Source of the DNA: Chloroflexota bacterium
GTDB taxonomy: Bacteria > Chloroflexota > UBA11872 > VXOZ01
NCBI GenBank assembly: GCA_963663275.1
Contig: OY760183.1
Location: 1,728,001 to 1,792,000 of the forward strand
Length of the DNA stretch: 64,000 nucleotides
Reading direction: 5' to 3'
The notes below the pieces were generated by a model that saw nothing but the letters and a program-made list of their open reading frames with translations, did no database searches and was not told where the DNA came from. Of this stretch, positions 47,517 to 57,068 are shown one piece after another. How positions within the stretch are numbered: the stretch's first letter is position 1; each line of letters starts with the position of its first letter. The translations under genes were made by a program, and so were the position numbers.

Positions 47517-49109
47517 CTAGTGCTGCCGCAGTATCTCCATGGCGGCGTTGTGGCCCGGCGCGCCGGTGACGCCGCCGCCCGGGTGCGTCCCCGAGCCGCA
47601 GAGGTAGAGGTTGCGCAGCGGCGTGGCGTAGCGCGCCCAGCCGAGCGCGGGGCGCATGAAGTAGAGTTGGTCGAGGCTCAGTTCGCCGTGGAAGATGTTG
47701 CCGCCGGTGAGGCCGTACTCCTGCTCCAGGTCCAGCGGTGAGAGGGCGTGGACGTGTTCGATGGCCCCGGGCAGGTTGGGGGCGTAGGCCGCCAGGGTGT
47801 CGATGACGCGCTGGGTGAACGTTTCTTTCTCCTCCGGCCACGCGCTTTCCTTGAGACTGTAAGGCGCGTACTGGGCAAAGACGCCCATGACGTGCTTGCC
47901 GGGGGGCGCGAGTGAAGAGTCGTAGGCGGTGGGAATCGTGATGTCCAGCAGAGGATGTTCCGAAGGCGCGCCATATTTTGCGTCGTCCCAGGCGCGCTCC
48001 AGATAGTCCAGATCGGGGCAAATATGGGTGGTGCCCCGGTGCTGGGGGCCGAGCGTCGCGCCGGGGAAGGCGGTGTAATCCGGCAACTCGTTCAGGGCGA
48101 GATTGAGCTTGAACGACGACCCTTCGCACTGGTACGACTCGATCTGCGCGACGAATTCTTCCGGCAGGGCGTTGCGCTCCACCAGGTGGAGAAAAGTGCG
48201 CTTAGGGTCGGCGTTGGAGATGACGACGTTGGCGTGGTACTCGTCGCCGTTTGCCAGGACGACGCCCGTGGCCGCATCGCCCCGCGTCAGCACGCTGGCT
48301 ACCGGCGCGTCGGTGCGAATGACCGCGCCATGGGCCTGGGCCGAGGCCGCGAGCGCTTGGGTGATCGCCCCCATGCCGCCTTCCACGAATCCCCACAAGC
48401 CGCGCACGCCGCCGACGCCGCCCATGACGTGATGCAGCAGCACGTAGGCCGTGCCGGGCGTGCGCGGACCGCCGTTGGTGCCGATGACGCCGTCGGTGGC
48501 CAGGGCGACTTTCAGCGCGTCGGACTCGAACCACTCGTCCAGAATCGACTGCACGCTGCGGGTCATGAGCTTGGCGGCGTCGGCCAACTGGGTGTTGTCA
48601 AGCGCCATCAGCGCGCGTCCCCCGCGCAGGGGCGCCAGCCAGTCGCCGGGCCGTTGCGGCGGAAACTGCGGCGGCGGGTGCAGGAAGAGCGGCTCGACGA
48701 GACGTGCGATGCGCTCGACGTAGGCTTCGTACGCAGGATAGCGTTCCGCGTCTTTGGCCGAAAACCTGGCGATTTCCCGGCAGGTGCGCGCCATGTCCTG
48801 GTACATGAACATGTGGCGGCCGTCGGGGTACGGCGCGAAATAGGCGGGGTCTTTGGGAAATACCTTGTACCCGTAGCGCGGCAACTCCAATTCCCGCGCC
48901 ACCTTCTCTTGCAGCAGGCTCACCAGATAGGAGCACGTGGAAACGCGATAGCCGGGAAAGACCTCCTCCGTCACACACGCCCCGCCCACAAGCGGCCGCC
49001 GCTCCAACACCAGCACCTTCCACCCCGCCCGCGCCAAATACCCGGCCGTAACGAGCCCATTATGCCCCGCGCCGATGATGATGGCGTCGTAGGTAGATTC
49101 CGTCATCAT
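47517..49109 (-). CDS. phytoene desaturase-like (PYROXD2-type) FAD oxidoreductase
   Basis: IIGAGHNGL, GGACVTEE and LYLCGSGTHPGGGVTGAPG motifs; ATGA overlap with the upstream gene. Confidence 0.88.
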   Translation of the reverse strand: MMTESTYDAIIIGAGHNGLVTAGYLARAGWKVLVLERRPLVGGACVTEEVFPGYRVSTCSYLVSLLQEKVARELELPRYGYKVFPKDPAYFAPYPDGRHMFMYQDMARTCREIARFSAKDAERYPAYEAYVERIARLVEPLFLHPPPQFPPQRPGDWLAPLRGGRALMALDNTQLADAAKLMTRSVQSILDEWFESDALKVALATDGVIGTNGGPRTPGTAYVLLHHVMGGVGGVRGLWGFVEGGMGAITQALAASAQAHGAVIRTDAPVASVLTRGDAATGVVLANGDEYHANVVISNADPKRTFLHLVERNALPEEFVAQIESYQCEGSSFKLNLALNELPDYTAFPGATLGPQHRGTTHICPDLDYLERAWDDAKYGAPSEHPLLDITIPTAYDSSLAPPGKHVMGVFAQYAPYSLKESAWPEEKETFTQRVIDTLAAYAPNLPGAIEHVHALSPLDLEQEYGLTGGNIFHGELSLDQLYFMRPALGWARYATPLRNLYLCGSGTHPGGGVTGAPGHNAAMEILRQH

Positions 49110-49900
49110 GCGGTCAGTCCGAGGACGCGCATGGCGTTGCCGCCGAGGATGGCCTCTTGTTGCGCGGTAGTCAGCTTGCGGCAGTGGCGTTGGATGAGTT
49201 GGGGGCCGAATTCGATGGGCATGTGGGGGGCGTTGGTGGCGTTGAGGACGCGCTCCGCGCCGACGGCGTCGACGAGGTTTTGCACGATGCTGGGGCGCAG
49301 CACACCCGCCAGGTCCGCTACCGTGTTCTCGGCGCGCCGCATGAAGGGGATGACCTCGGGCACGAAGCCCGGTACGCCGGCGTGGGCGATGATGAAGGTG
49401 ATCCGCGGAAAGTCGAGCGCCAGGTCGGCCACCAGCGCCGGGGTGCAGGTGTGGCCGTGCTCCTCGCCGGTGTGGATCATGACCGGCACACCAAGCGGCG
49501 CGACGGCTTCCAGGACCGGCCCCATGAGCGCCCGGTCGGCGAGCGGGTAGGTGCCCGTGCCGCCAACGGAAGCGTCGACGGTGTTGAACTTGACTGCGCG
49601 GAAGCCGCGCTCTTGCAGCCAGTAGCGCATCTCGTCGATGGCGCGCGCGCCGCGCGGCGGCTTGACGCGCGCGCAACCGTAGATGCGGTCGGGATAGGCG
49701 GCGATGGCCTGCGCGATGCGCTCGTGGTCGGCGGCAAAGTGGTCGCCGGTTCCCGCCCCCGGCGGCGCGCACAACGCCCGCGCCACCCCGCCGCGGTCCA
49801 TATAGGCAATCATGTCCGCGCCCCCCATGGTGGCGGGCAGGCCTTGGACTTCCCAAATGGGATTGTGTCCCAGATAGCAATGGGCGTCGAAGATCACCAA
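49106..49900 (-). CDS. amidohydrolase-family protein
   Basis: FDAHCY, PVMIHTG, IIAHAG and ILGGNA motifs. Confidence 0.82.
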   Translation of the reverse strand: MVIFDAHCYLGHNPIWEVQGLPATMGGADMIAYMDRGGVARALCAPPGAGTGDHFAADHERIAQAIAAYPDRIYGCARVKPPRGARAIDEMRYWLQERGFRAVKFNTVDASVGGTGTYPLADRALMGPVLEAVAPLGVPVMIHTGEEHGHTCTPALVADLALDFPRITFIIAHAGVPGFVPEVIPFMRRAENTVADLAGVLRPSIVQNLVDAVGAERVLNATNAPHMPIEFGPQLIQRHCRKLTTAQQEAILGGNAMRVLGLTA

Positions 49901-49906
49901 TGTGCC

Positions 49907-50167
49907 TCAGTTACTTGGAGTGAAGAGCGAATCTGGCATTCCTCGGACTAGCGCCTGGATGTCCTCTGCGCTCGACGGGGGTTCAGCCAATTGCTTCTCG
50001 GCTTTGTCCTTGAAGAAATCGTAGAGTTCAGACTGGGGCCGGTTGATTCGAATCTGAATGAGACGTACTTGTCTGGTGTAGAGCCGGTAGTTATAGCCGC
50101 AGAACAGCGCGGTAACGATGGCGCGCAGTCCTGCCGGGGAGTTCAGGTCATAGAATGTCGGCGTCAA
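49907..50167 (-). pseudogene. 86-aa ORF, probable internally deleted restriction endonuclease
   Basis: TTG start with GGAG SD overlapping the methyltransferase end; visibly more AT-rich; too short for a type II REase. Confidence 0.4.
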
Positions 50168-51320
50168 AGTCCGCGCTCCAGAAGTACTCCAGGTCGTCGA
50201 AGTCCACCGCGGCGGCAAACAGCGACTCCGCCCCCAACTCTTGCTTCATGGTCTCGAAGTAATCTATGCGCTTTTCGATGAGCACGAACCGTCTTTCCAA
50301 TTGCGACGCTGCGCGGCCAACCGTGCCGATGCCCGCGAACGGGTCGAGCACGCTATCGCCCGCGAAGGAGTAGTACCGTATGACGCGGCGCGCAAGCTCT
50401 GCGGGAAAGACGGCGGGGTGGCCCCTATGGCTCGACGGCGCTATCTCCCATACGTTGGTTCGGTCGTACTCGCCCAAGATTCTGGAATGCTCTACGAGGG
50501 CCGGGTCGGGGTGATTGCGCAGGTTCCAGTCGATGAGGCGGGACGTCTTCTTGCGATAGACCAAGACGTATTCGGTCACCGTTACCGGCTTGTATTGCAA
50601 CGGCTGCCGGTCGGCGGCGAACCTTCTCCCCCTGCCCAGATGCCAGCCGGCGCCTTCGGGCTTGCGCCAGATGATGTCGTCGATGAATTCGAAACCTATG
50701 CCATCGAGTATGGGATGGAGGTCAAAGGGAATGGGCAGGCGTTTGCTGGCAGTGCTGCGCGAGGTTCGCTTCATCAACACCGGAGAGACGTTGACTATCA
50801 GAAACCTTCCCTCAGAGAGAACGCCGTGGCAGGCGGCGAATGCTTCCCTTAGAAAATCGAGGTATGCGGCGTAATCAACGTATTCCGAGTATTCGGGCTT
50901 GGCATTGAGGTATGGCGGTGACGTAAAGACGAGTTGAACGCTGTCCGGGGGAAAGCTCTCCAATACTGCACGGCAGTCTCCGAGGATCACCTTGTTTGGG
51001 ATTGGCGCGAAGTTTACGGAAGGATTGCTCTTCTTGGCGCTGGACGCCTGTTTCCACCCCTTGGCCTCGCGCAGTCTCCGCTTGATGAGCGCGGCGGGGG
51101 AATTGAAGCAGATCGAGCCGGCCGCGTCGACTCTTACCTCTCCCATGTGATTGTCGGGCGTATCACGCGCAACTATCGCAACGCGCCATACCCGCAGCCG
51201 GTCATCCCACTCCGGCAGCCCCACGGATACGCCATCGGATTGAATTTCCGGCACTGTTTCCGCCAGCCAGTACAAGGCAATCCGGCGCACATCATCGGTT
51301 AGTAGCTTCGCAGTAGCCAT
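50148..51320 (-). CDS. site-specific DNA methyltransferase (beta class, SPPY, likely N4-cytosine)
   Basis: FTSPPY before HPAVFP and VLDPFAGIGT; about 105-aa N-terminal extension. Confidence 0.9.
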   Translation of the reverse strand: MATAKLLTDDVRRIALYWLAETVPEIQSDGVSVGLPEWDDRLRVWRVAIVARDTPDNHMGEVRVDAAGSICFNSPAALIKRRLREAKGWKQASSAKKSNPSVNFAPIPNKVILGDCRAVLESFPPDSVQLVFTSPPYLNAKPEYSEYVDYAAYLDFLREAFAACHGVLSEGRFLIVNVSPVLMKRTSRSTASKRLPIPFDLHPILDGIGFEFIDDIIWRKPEGAGWHLGRGRRFAADRQPLQYKPVTVTEYVLVYRKKTSRLIDWNLRNHPDPALVEHSRILGEYDRTNVWEIAPSSHRGHPAVFPAELARRVIRYYSFAGDSVLDPFAGIGTVGRAASQLERRFVLIEKRIDYFETMKQELGAESLFAAAVDFDDLEYFWSADFDADIL

Positions 51321-51336
51321 GGTCTCGTTAGAATTG

Positions 51337-54042
51337 TCAGCGTCCGTGGCAGCGTTTGAACTTTTTGCCGCTGCCGCACCAGCAGGGGGCGTTGCGGCCC
51401 AGTTTGCGGCCGCCCTGTTTGCGGCGGGAGCGGGTCTGGGGGCGGCGGGAGTCTTCCTCGCCCCGGTTGGTTGCCGTCACCGCCTGGGGTTGCGGTTGCG
51501 TTTCCGGCGCTGCCTGCACGCGGTAGATGATCTGGGCGGTCTGGCGCTGGATGTTGGCCGTGAGTTCCTGGAACATGCGGTAGGCCTCGGCCTTGTACTC
51601 CGAGAGCGGATTGCGCTGGCCCACGGCGCGCAGGCCGATGCCGGTGCGCAGGTCTTCCATGGCCGTCAGGTGCTCGGTCCAGAGCGAGTCGATCGTGCGC
51701 AGCAGCACCCAGCGTTCCACCTTGTTCATGATTTCCGGCGTCATGGCTTCCGCGCGCTCGGCGTAGACCGAGTCCGCCCACGCGGTGAGACGCTCGGTAA
51801 TATCCTCGGTCGATAGATCCGCCAAGGCGTCGGCCGGCGGCGCGGCAGGTTGGTTTACCTGTTGGCGGCAGGCCTCCACCAGGGCCGGCACGTCCCAATC
51901 TTCCTGCGGCTCGGTGGTATGCGCGGTCACCATCTGCGCGATTTCATCGTGGATCATGCTTTGAATCTGCGGTGTGACCGCTTCCAACTCCAGCACCTTG
52001 CGCCGCTCGCTGTAGATGGTGTTGCGCTGGGTGTTGAGCACGTCGTCGTACTCCACCGTGTGCTTGCGCAGGTCGAAGTTATAGGCTTCCAGCTTGGTCT
52101 GGGCCTGTTCCAGGGCCTTGGTGATGAGGTTGTGCTCGATTGGCATGTCGTCGTCCATGCCGAGGCGGTCCATGATGCCGGAGATACGGTCGCTGCCGGC
52201 GCGCTTGAGCAGTTCGTCATCCAGCGAGACGTAGAAGCGCGAGAAGCCCAGGTCGCCCTGGCGGCCGGAGCGCCCGCGCAACTGGTTGTCGATGCGGCGG
52301 GATTCATGGCGCTCCGTGCCGATGACGTGAAGGCCGCCGGCCGCGCGCACGGCTTCCGCTTCCGCCGCGGCGGGCGGGTTGCCGCCCAGCACGATGTCGG
52401 TGCCGCGTCCGGCCATGTTGGTGGCGATGGTGACGGCCCCCTGCCTGCCGGCTTGCGCCACGATTTGCGCCTCTTGTTCGTGGTACTTGGCGTTCAGCAC
52501 CTGGTGTTCGACGCCGCGCCGTTTCAGGAGCATACTCAGCGCTTCCGAAGTCTCGATTGAGGTGGTGCCTACCAGCACCGGCGCGCCTTGGTTCTTGGCC
52601 AACTCTTCGATGGCGTCCGCCGCCGCGTTGAACTTGCCCTTCTCCGTGCGGTAGACGAAATCGGCCTCGTCCTGGCGCACCATCGGCATATTTGTGGGGA
52701 TCTCGACCACGTCCAAGCCGTAGATCTTGCGGAACTCGTCGGCTTCCGTGGCCGCCGTGCCGGTCATGCCGGCCAGTTTGTCGTACATGCGGAAGTAATT
52801 CTGGAAGGTGATGGTGGCCAAAGTCTTGCTCTCGCGCTGGATCTTGACGCCCTCTTTGGCCTCGATCGCCTGGTGCAAGCCTTCGCTGTAGCGGCGGCCG
52901 GTCATGAGGCGTCCGGTGAACTCATCGACGATGACGACTTCCGCGTTGGGGTCGTGGTGCTCGATCACGCGGCCGTCTTTCATCAGCACGTAATCGCGTC
53001 CGCGCTGGTAGAGCGCCCGCGCGCGGAGGGCCTGCTCCATGTAGTGCACCAGTTCGAACGCGCCCTCTTCGTAGAGGTTGCCCACCCCGAGCCACTTCTC
53101 CATCTTGGCGATGCCCTCTTCGGAGATGCTCACGGCCCGTTGCTTGTGGTCGATGGTGTAGTCCTGCTCCTCCCGCAGGCGGGGCACCAGGCGCGTGAAA
53201 CTGCCAAACGTCCCGCCGGGCGCCTCGGCCTGGCCGGAAATGATGAGCGGCGTGCGCGCCTCGTCGATGAGAATGTTGTCCACCTCGTCGATGATCGCGT
53301 AGTTGTGCTTGCCCTGCACGAGTTCATTGAGGTCCACGACCATGTTGTCGCGCAGGTAGTCGAACCCGAACTCGTTGTTGGTGCCGTAGGTAATGTCGGC
53401 GGCGTAAGCTTCTTTGCGCGAGACCGTTTCCAACTCCTCGCCGCTGCCGTGGTGCGTCTCCCGGCCCGATTCCTTGGGCGCGAACACGTAGGCCGTATCG
53501 TGGTTGATGCAGGCCACGGTCAGGCCGAGGGCGTGGTAGACCGGCCCCAGCCACTCGGTATCGCGGCGGGAGAGGTAGTCGTTTACGGTGACCACGTGGA
53601 CGCCCTGGCCGCTGAGCGCATTGAGGTAGGCGCTGAGCGCGGCGACGTAGGTCTTGCCCTCGCCGGTCTTCATCTCGGCAATCTGGCCGCCGTGGAGCGC
53701 GATGCCGCCGTGCATCTGCACGTCGAAGAGCCGATGGCCGCTGCTGTGTCTCTTGACCGCCTCGCGCACCGCGGCAAAGGCTTCGGGCAACAGGTCGTCA
53801 AGGTCTTCGACGCCGTCGCCGCGAAACTCGTCGTCACCGTTCCTCGCCGCTTGCGCCGGGGGTGTGGAAGCATGAACGGCAACCCCCAGGCGGCCGCGGA
53901 ATTCCCCGGTCTTGCCGGCGAGTGCGGCGTCGGAGAGGGTTTCGAACGCGGCTTCCAGCGCGGCGATTTGCTCCACCAGCGGCTCCTGGCGGGAAATCTC
54001 GCGTTCCGAGTGATCGAAGAAGCGTTGGATTACCTTTAACAT
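51337..54042 (-). CDS. secA: preprotein translocase ATPase SecA
   Basis: MKTGEGKT, DEVD, ATNMAGRGTDI and QLRGRSGRQGD motifs; SEC-C motif CWCGSGKKFKRCH. Confidence 0.98.
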   Translation of the reverse strand: MLKVIQRFFDHSEREISRQEPLVEQIAALEAAFETLSDAALAGKTGEFRGRLGVAVHASTPPAQAARNGDDEFRGDGVEDLDDLLPEAFAAVREAVKRHSSGHRLFDVQMHGGIALHGGQIAEMKTGEGKTYVAALSAYLNALSGQGVHVVTVNDYLSRRDTEWLGPVYHALGLTVACINHDTAYVFAPKESGRETHHGSGEELETVSRKEAYAADITYGTNNEFGFDYLRDNMVVDLNELVQGKHNYAIIDEVDNILIDEARTPLIISGQAEAPGGTFGSFTRLVPRLREEQDYTIDHKQRAVSISEEGIAKMEKWLGVGNLYEEGAFELVHYMEQALRARALYQRGRDYVLMKDGRVIEHHDPNAEVVIVDEFTGRLMTGRRYSEGLHQAIEAKEGVKIQRESKTLATITFQNYFRMYDKLAGMTGTAATEADEFRKIYGLDVVEIPTNMPMVRQDEADFVYRTEKGKFNAAADAIEELAKNQGAPVLVGTTSIETSEALSMLLKRRGVEHQVLNAKYHEQEAQIVAQAGRQGAVTIATNMAGRGTDIVLGGNPPAAAEAEAVRAAGGLHVIGTERHESRRIDNQLRGRSGRQGDLGFSRFYVSLDDELLKRAGSDRISGIMDRLGMDDDMPIEHNLITKALEQAQTKLEAYNFDLRKHTVEYDDVLNTQRNTIYSERRKVLELEAVTPQIQSMIHDEIAQMVTAHTTEPQEDWDVPALVEACRQQVNQPAAPPADALADLSTEDITERLTAWADSVYAERAEAMTPEIMNKVERWVLLRTIDSLWTEHLTAMEDLRTGIGLRAVGQRNPLSEYKAEAYRMFQELTANIQRQTAQIIYRVQAAPETQPQPQAVTATNRGEEDSRRPQTRSRRKQGGRKLGRNAPCWCGSGKKFKRCHGR

Positions 54043-54077
54043 GGCGCTGTTCGTCTCTTGCTCTTGCGTGGGAGGCG

Positions 54078-54201
54078 GGCGCTTCGCGAAGCGCCCCTAC
54101 ATGTTTGGCCCGCGAAGCGGCCCTACGTGTGTGGCTCGCGGGAGCCCCTACGTGTGTGGCTCGCGTTAGCCTCTACCTGTGCGGCTCGTGGTAGCCCCTA
54201 C
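54078..54201. repeat. five 25-26 bp REP-derived units (GGCTCGCG..AGCCCCTAC) in the secA leader
   Basis: CTAC ends at 54100, 54126, 54151, 54176 and 54201. Confidence 0.82.
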
Positions 54202-54453
54202 GTGAGCGTCCTGCGGGTGGGGGATTTTGGCTGCTTACTTGGGCCGGACGTTTCATTGCTTGCCTTCAGTCTACGTGGGGAAAACGAACGGAGTCAATGA
54301 AGCGATCCGCCGGCCGGTGGGTGGTGCGCCATTTTGCTCGTGCCGGCGGCGGTGGCCGGAGGTGGGCAGGAGCGGACGCGAGGGGTCTGCGGACGCTTGG
54401 GCGAGCGCGCGACGGGTGGGGATGAAGCGGGAGCGCGCCGGTACGGCGCGACT

Positions 54454-54481
54454 TTGCCTCTGCGGGCGGGTGTGCTATAAT
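54454..54481 (+). promoter_or_regulatory. sigma70-type promoter with extended -10
   Basis: TTGCCT-16 bp-TATAAT with TGn. Confidence 0.7.
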
Positions 54482-54487
54482 GTCCCT

Positions 54488-54638
54488 GTTTGGCTGCAGG
54501 TTCGTCTTAGTCCTTGCAGCATCCTTGCAACTCCCCCGCTCTGGATCTACTCCAGTGATTCTCGCTGCTCAGGCAGCGCGTCCTCGTCCCACTTTATCTT
54601 CCTACCTACAATCACGCCCGACGAACCTGCCGTCAAAC
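54488..54638 (+). ncRNA. candidate ~151-nt C/U-rich small RNA
   Basis: 19-bp closing stem 54488-54506 / 54620-54638 starting at the predicted +1; three short internal hairpins. Confidence 0.45.
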
Positions 54639-54679
54639 GCTTTGCAGTCCTTTTCCCCAGTGGTTTCCGTGTGACAATT

Positions 54680-54763
54680 GCGCCCGCCGTCCCGAATCTC
54701 TTTGCGGTTGCGCGCAGAGAGGGAACGTGGGAGTATAGAGAGACGGATTGTTGCCTGCGGGCG
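54680..54763 (+). promoter_or_regulatory. candidate S15 autoregulatory leader
   Basis: GCGCCCGC/GCGGGCGC outer stem with nested helices just upstream of the rpsO SD. Confidence 0.4.
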
Positions 54764-54789
54764 CGGGAGTATTAAGAGGTAGGAGCGGC

Positions 54790-55056
54790 GTGCTGACGAC
54801 AGAACAGAAGCAAGAGATAATTACGCGGTTTGGCCGGGGGTCGAAGGACAGCGGCTCGTCCGCCGTGCAGGTTGCGTTGCTGACCGAGCGCATCCGGCAG
54901 ATTTCAGCCCACATGGGCGCGCACAAACGCGACAAGCACTCTGAAATGGGATTGCTCAAGCTGGTGGGGCGGCGGCGGCGGCTCCTGCGGTACCTTCATC
55001 GCCGCGACCCGGAGCATTACCGCACGGTTATTGCCGAACTCGGCCTGCGCGGCTAG
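54790..55056 (+). CDS. rpsO: 30S ribosomal protein S15
   Basis: DSGSSAVQVALLT, H..DKHS..GLLKLVGRRRRLL and LGLR motifs; GTG after AGGAG. Confidence 0.97.
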   Translation: MLTTEQKQEIITRFGRGSKDSGSSAVQVALLTERIRQISAHMGAHKRDKHSEMGLLKLVGRRRRLLRYLHRRDPEHYRTVIAELGLRG

Positions 55057-55101
55057 GCGGCCTCATCCGCCTTGGCCGCTTGTGCCACAGGTGGTAAAGT
55101 G

Positions 55102-55140
55102 AAGCGCTGCGACGTACCCGGTCGTAGCGCTTTTCTGTTT
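55102..55140 (+). terminator. intrinsic terminator after rpsO
   Basis: AAGCGCTGCGAC / GTCGTAGCGCTT stem with a T-rich tail. Confidence 0.75.
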
Positions 55141-55277
55141 TCCCGGACACCGCGCCCGCGGGAAACCTTTGCATTACTCCGTCATTCCAGCGTAAATCGG
55201 AATCCAGATTGGATTTGCAGCTTAGGATGGCATAGTGTCAATCCTGTTCACCCCATTCCAGGCCTTCTCCTCAAAGG

Positions 55278-55426
55278 GCGGGCAGGGGTATGTAGGTGTC
55301 ATTCCGAGCGCAGCGAGGAATCTAGGGTTGCAAGTTTTCCAGGGATGTACCCTAGATTCCTCACTTCGCTGCGCTCCGTTCGGAATGACACGATAGGCCG
55401 ATACTAGCCTGCAAATCACTGTCACC
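55278..55426. mobile_element. 149-bp MITE-like element, copy 4 (degenerate ends)
   Basis: GCGGGCAGGGGTA / CACTGTCACC ends; flanks CCTCAAAGG / CCTCAATGG; same inner palindrome. Confidence 0.65.
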
Positions 55427-55525
55427 CCTCAATGGGGAAAGGGCTAAGCAGAGGTCTCTGCGAGGCGCGGAAGGAGCACGGCGATCGTTTGCGCCAGATA
55501 GAAGCACTGCGGCGCTATCATCGCG

Positions 55526-56887
55526 TTAGTCGGAAGATTCGCCGTTCGTCACCGTGCTCCATTCCAGGCGCAGGGCGTAGAAGGTTTCGGCCATGCGTTC
55601 CAGCGCCTCGCGCGGTGGAATTTGCCGCAGGAGCGCGCGCTGGACTTCAAGCTGCGCGTAGTGTTCCCATTGCCTGAACCACGGAACCTCGCGGGCCTCG
55701 TGCGTGCGGGCGACCCGGCGCTGTTCCAGGTAGACTTGCAGATCCAGGCCGCGCTCCAACGCGAGTGACTGCACTTGCGGCTCGGTGTAGAGCGCCTCAT
55801 ACGCGCTGCCCAGCGAGCGGTTTACGAACCAGAAGAGCGGCGTATGGAGGCGGTCCTCGCGGTCGCGGCCTCCCAGGTATTGCAAGAGTTCCCAGGCGGC
55901 GTCTTTCTTCTTGCTTGTTTTGGGAAGCGCGTAGAGCCGCGTCCACATGACCGAACCACTCTGCGAGGGATCGTTGCCGGGAAAGAGCGCGGCCCGGCGC
56001 GTACCCGTGGCGCCGGCGTCCTCTTGCCGGTTTGCGAAGAGGAAGTTGTACCCGGGCTGGATCGTAAACGCGGTAGGATTGCGCAGCGCGGCGCCATAGC
56101 TGCTTTCAAGCACGTTGGGATGGATGATCGCGGTAGTGTGGATGCCCTCCAGGAGCCAGCCAAGGGTCTGTTCGGCGGCTGAGCCGGGAAGGTGAAAAAC
56201 GGGGTTCAGGTTTTCGTCGAAGAAACTGCCGCCCCGGGCGTAGACCATCGACCACCAGTTGATGTTCGTGTTGGTGTGAAAGCGGTAGGTGAGCCGGATG
56301 GGGTGCCGCACGATGCCCAGCCGCTTGATCTCCAGCGCCTGCTGCGTGACCTCGTCCCAGGTCTGGGGCGGGAGCATGATGCCGGCTCTTTGGAGAATGG
56401 CCTCGTCATAGACCCACAGCGCGCACTCTGTAAAGTAGGGCAAGCCGTAGGTCAGTCCTTTGCAGCGGATGCCGGCGGCGGCCTGGGGAACCATGGCCTG
56501 GCGCAACCGGTCCATGCCGCTGTAGCCGTCGAGGGGCTCGAGCCAGCCGGCTTCTACCCACGCGGCGAGGTCCGTCTCCCGCACGTAGGCGGCGTCGATG
56601 GGCTGTCCCGCGTGAAGCGAACGGCTGACGGCGTCCCGGTAGTCCCCGTCGACGGCTTCGGTCGCCACGCGCAAGCCGGCATACTGGGTGGCGAAGCGCT
56701 CCAGATTATGGCGGATCAGATCCGGCTCGTAGCCCCAATGGACGAGGCGCAGGACGAGCGGCTGTCCATCATTGCCGAAGGTTGGGTTGCGGTTGCAGGC
56801 GGCGGCCAGCAGGGCGCTACTGAGGAGGAGATGGCGACGCGACAGCGGATTGCCAGAGAGTTGCGTTGCTTGTGGTCCGCTCAACAC
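55526..56887 (-). CDS. ABC sugar-type extracellular solute-binding lipoprotein
   Basis: SRRHLL Tat-like signal, LAAAC lipobox, YGLPY, PQTWDE, DAAWELLQYL. Confidence 0.85.
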   Translation of the reverse strand: MLSGPQATQLSGNPLSRRHLLLSSALLAAACNRNPTFGNDGQPLVLRLVHWGYEPDLIRHNLERFATQYAGLRVATEAVDGDYRDAVSRSLHAGQPIDAAYVRETDLAAWVEAGWLEPLDGYSGMDRLRQAMVPQAAAGIRCKGLTYGLPYFTECALWVYDEAILQRAGIMLPPQTWDEVTQQALEIKRLGIVRHPIRLTYRFHTNTNINWWSMVYARGGSFFDENLNPVFHLPGSAAEQTLGWLLEGIHTTAIIHPNVLESSYGAALRNPTAFTIQPGYNFLFANRQEDAGATGTRRAALFPGNDPSQSGSVMWTRLYALPKTSKKKDAAWELLQYLGGRDREDRLHTPLFWFVNRSLGSAYEALYTEPQVQSLALERGLDLQVYLEQRRVARTHEAREVPWFRQWEHYAQLEVQRALLRQIPPREALERMAETFYALRLEWSTVTNGESSD

Positions 56888-57068
56888 GTGACTCCTCGCG
56901 CCGCCAAACGGCGCGCCACCGATAGGCCGCCTGGAACTGTGCCGCGACAGGGGCGTAGGTCAGCGCGCCGTAGACGGCACACGTCGGCGGCGAGCGAGTC
57001 TGCGCCAACTCTGCCGTCGCGCGGGAGCGCGGTGGCGGTGCGTACGCGCCGCCGCCCGGCGCCGAGAT

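Noticed and set aside
47517-49880. 787-aa fusion ORF
   Set aside because: The N-terminal part is an alternative frame of the amidohydrolase; the real start is ATG 49109.
54488-54638. 6S, SRP, tmRNA or RNase P identity, or the 64-aa ORF 54480-54674
   Set aside because: No long rod with central bubble or SRP helix-8 motif, and too short for tmRNA or RNase P; the ORF ATG overlaps the -10 box.
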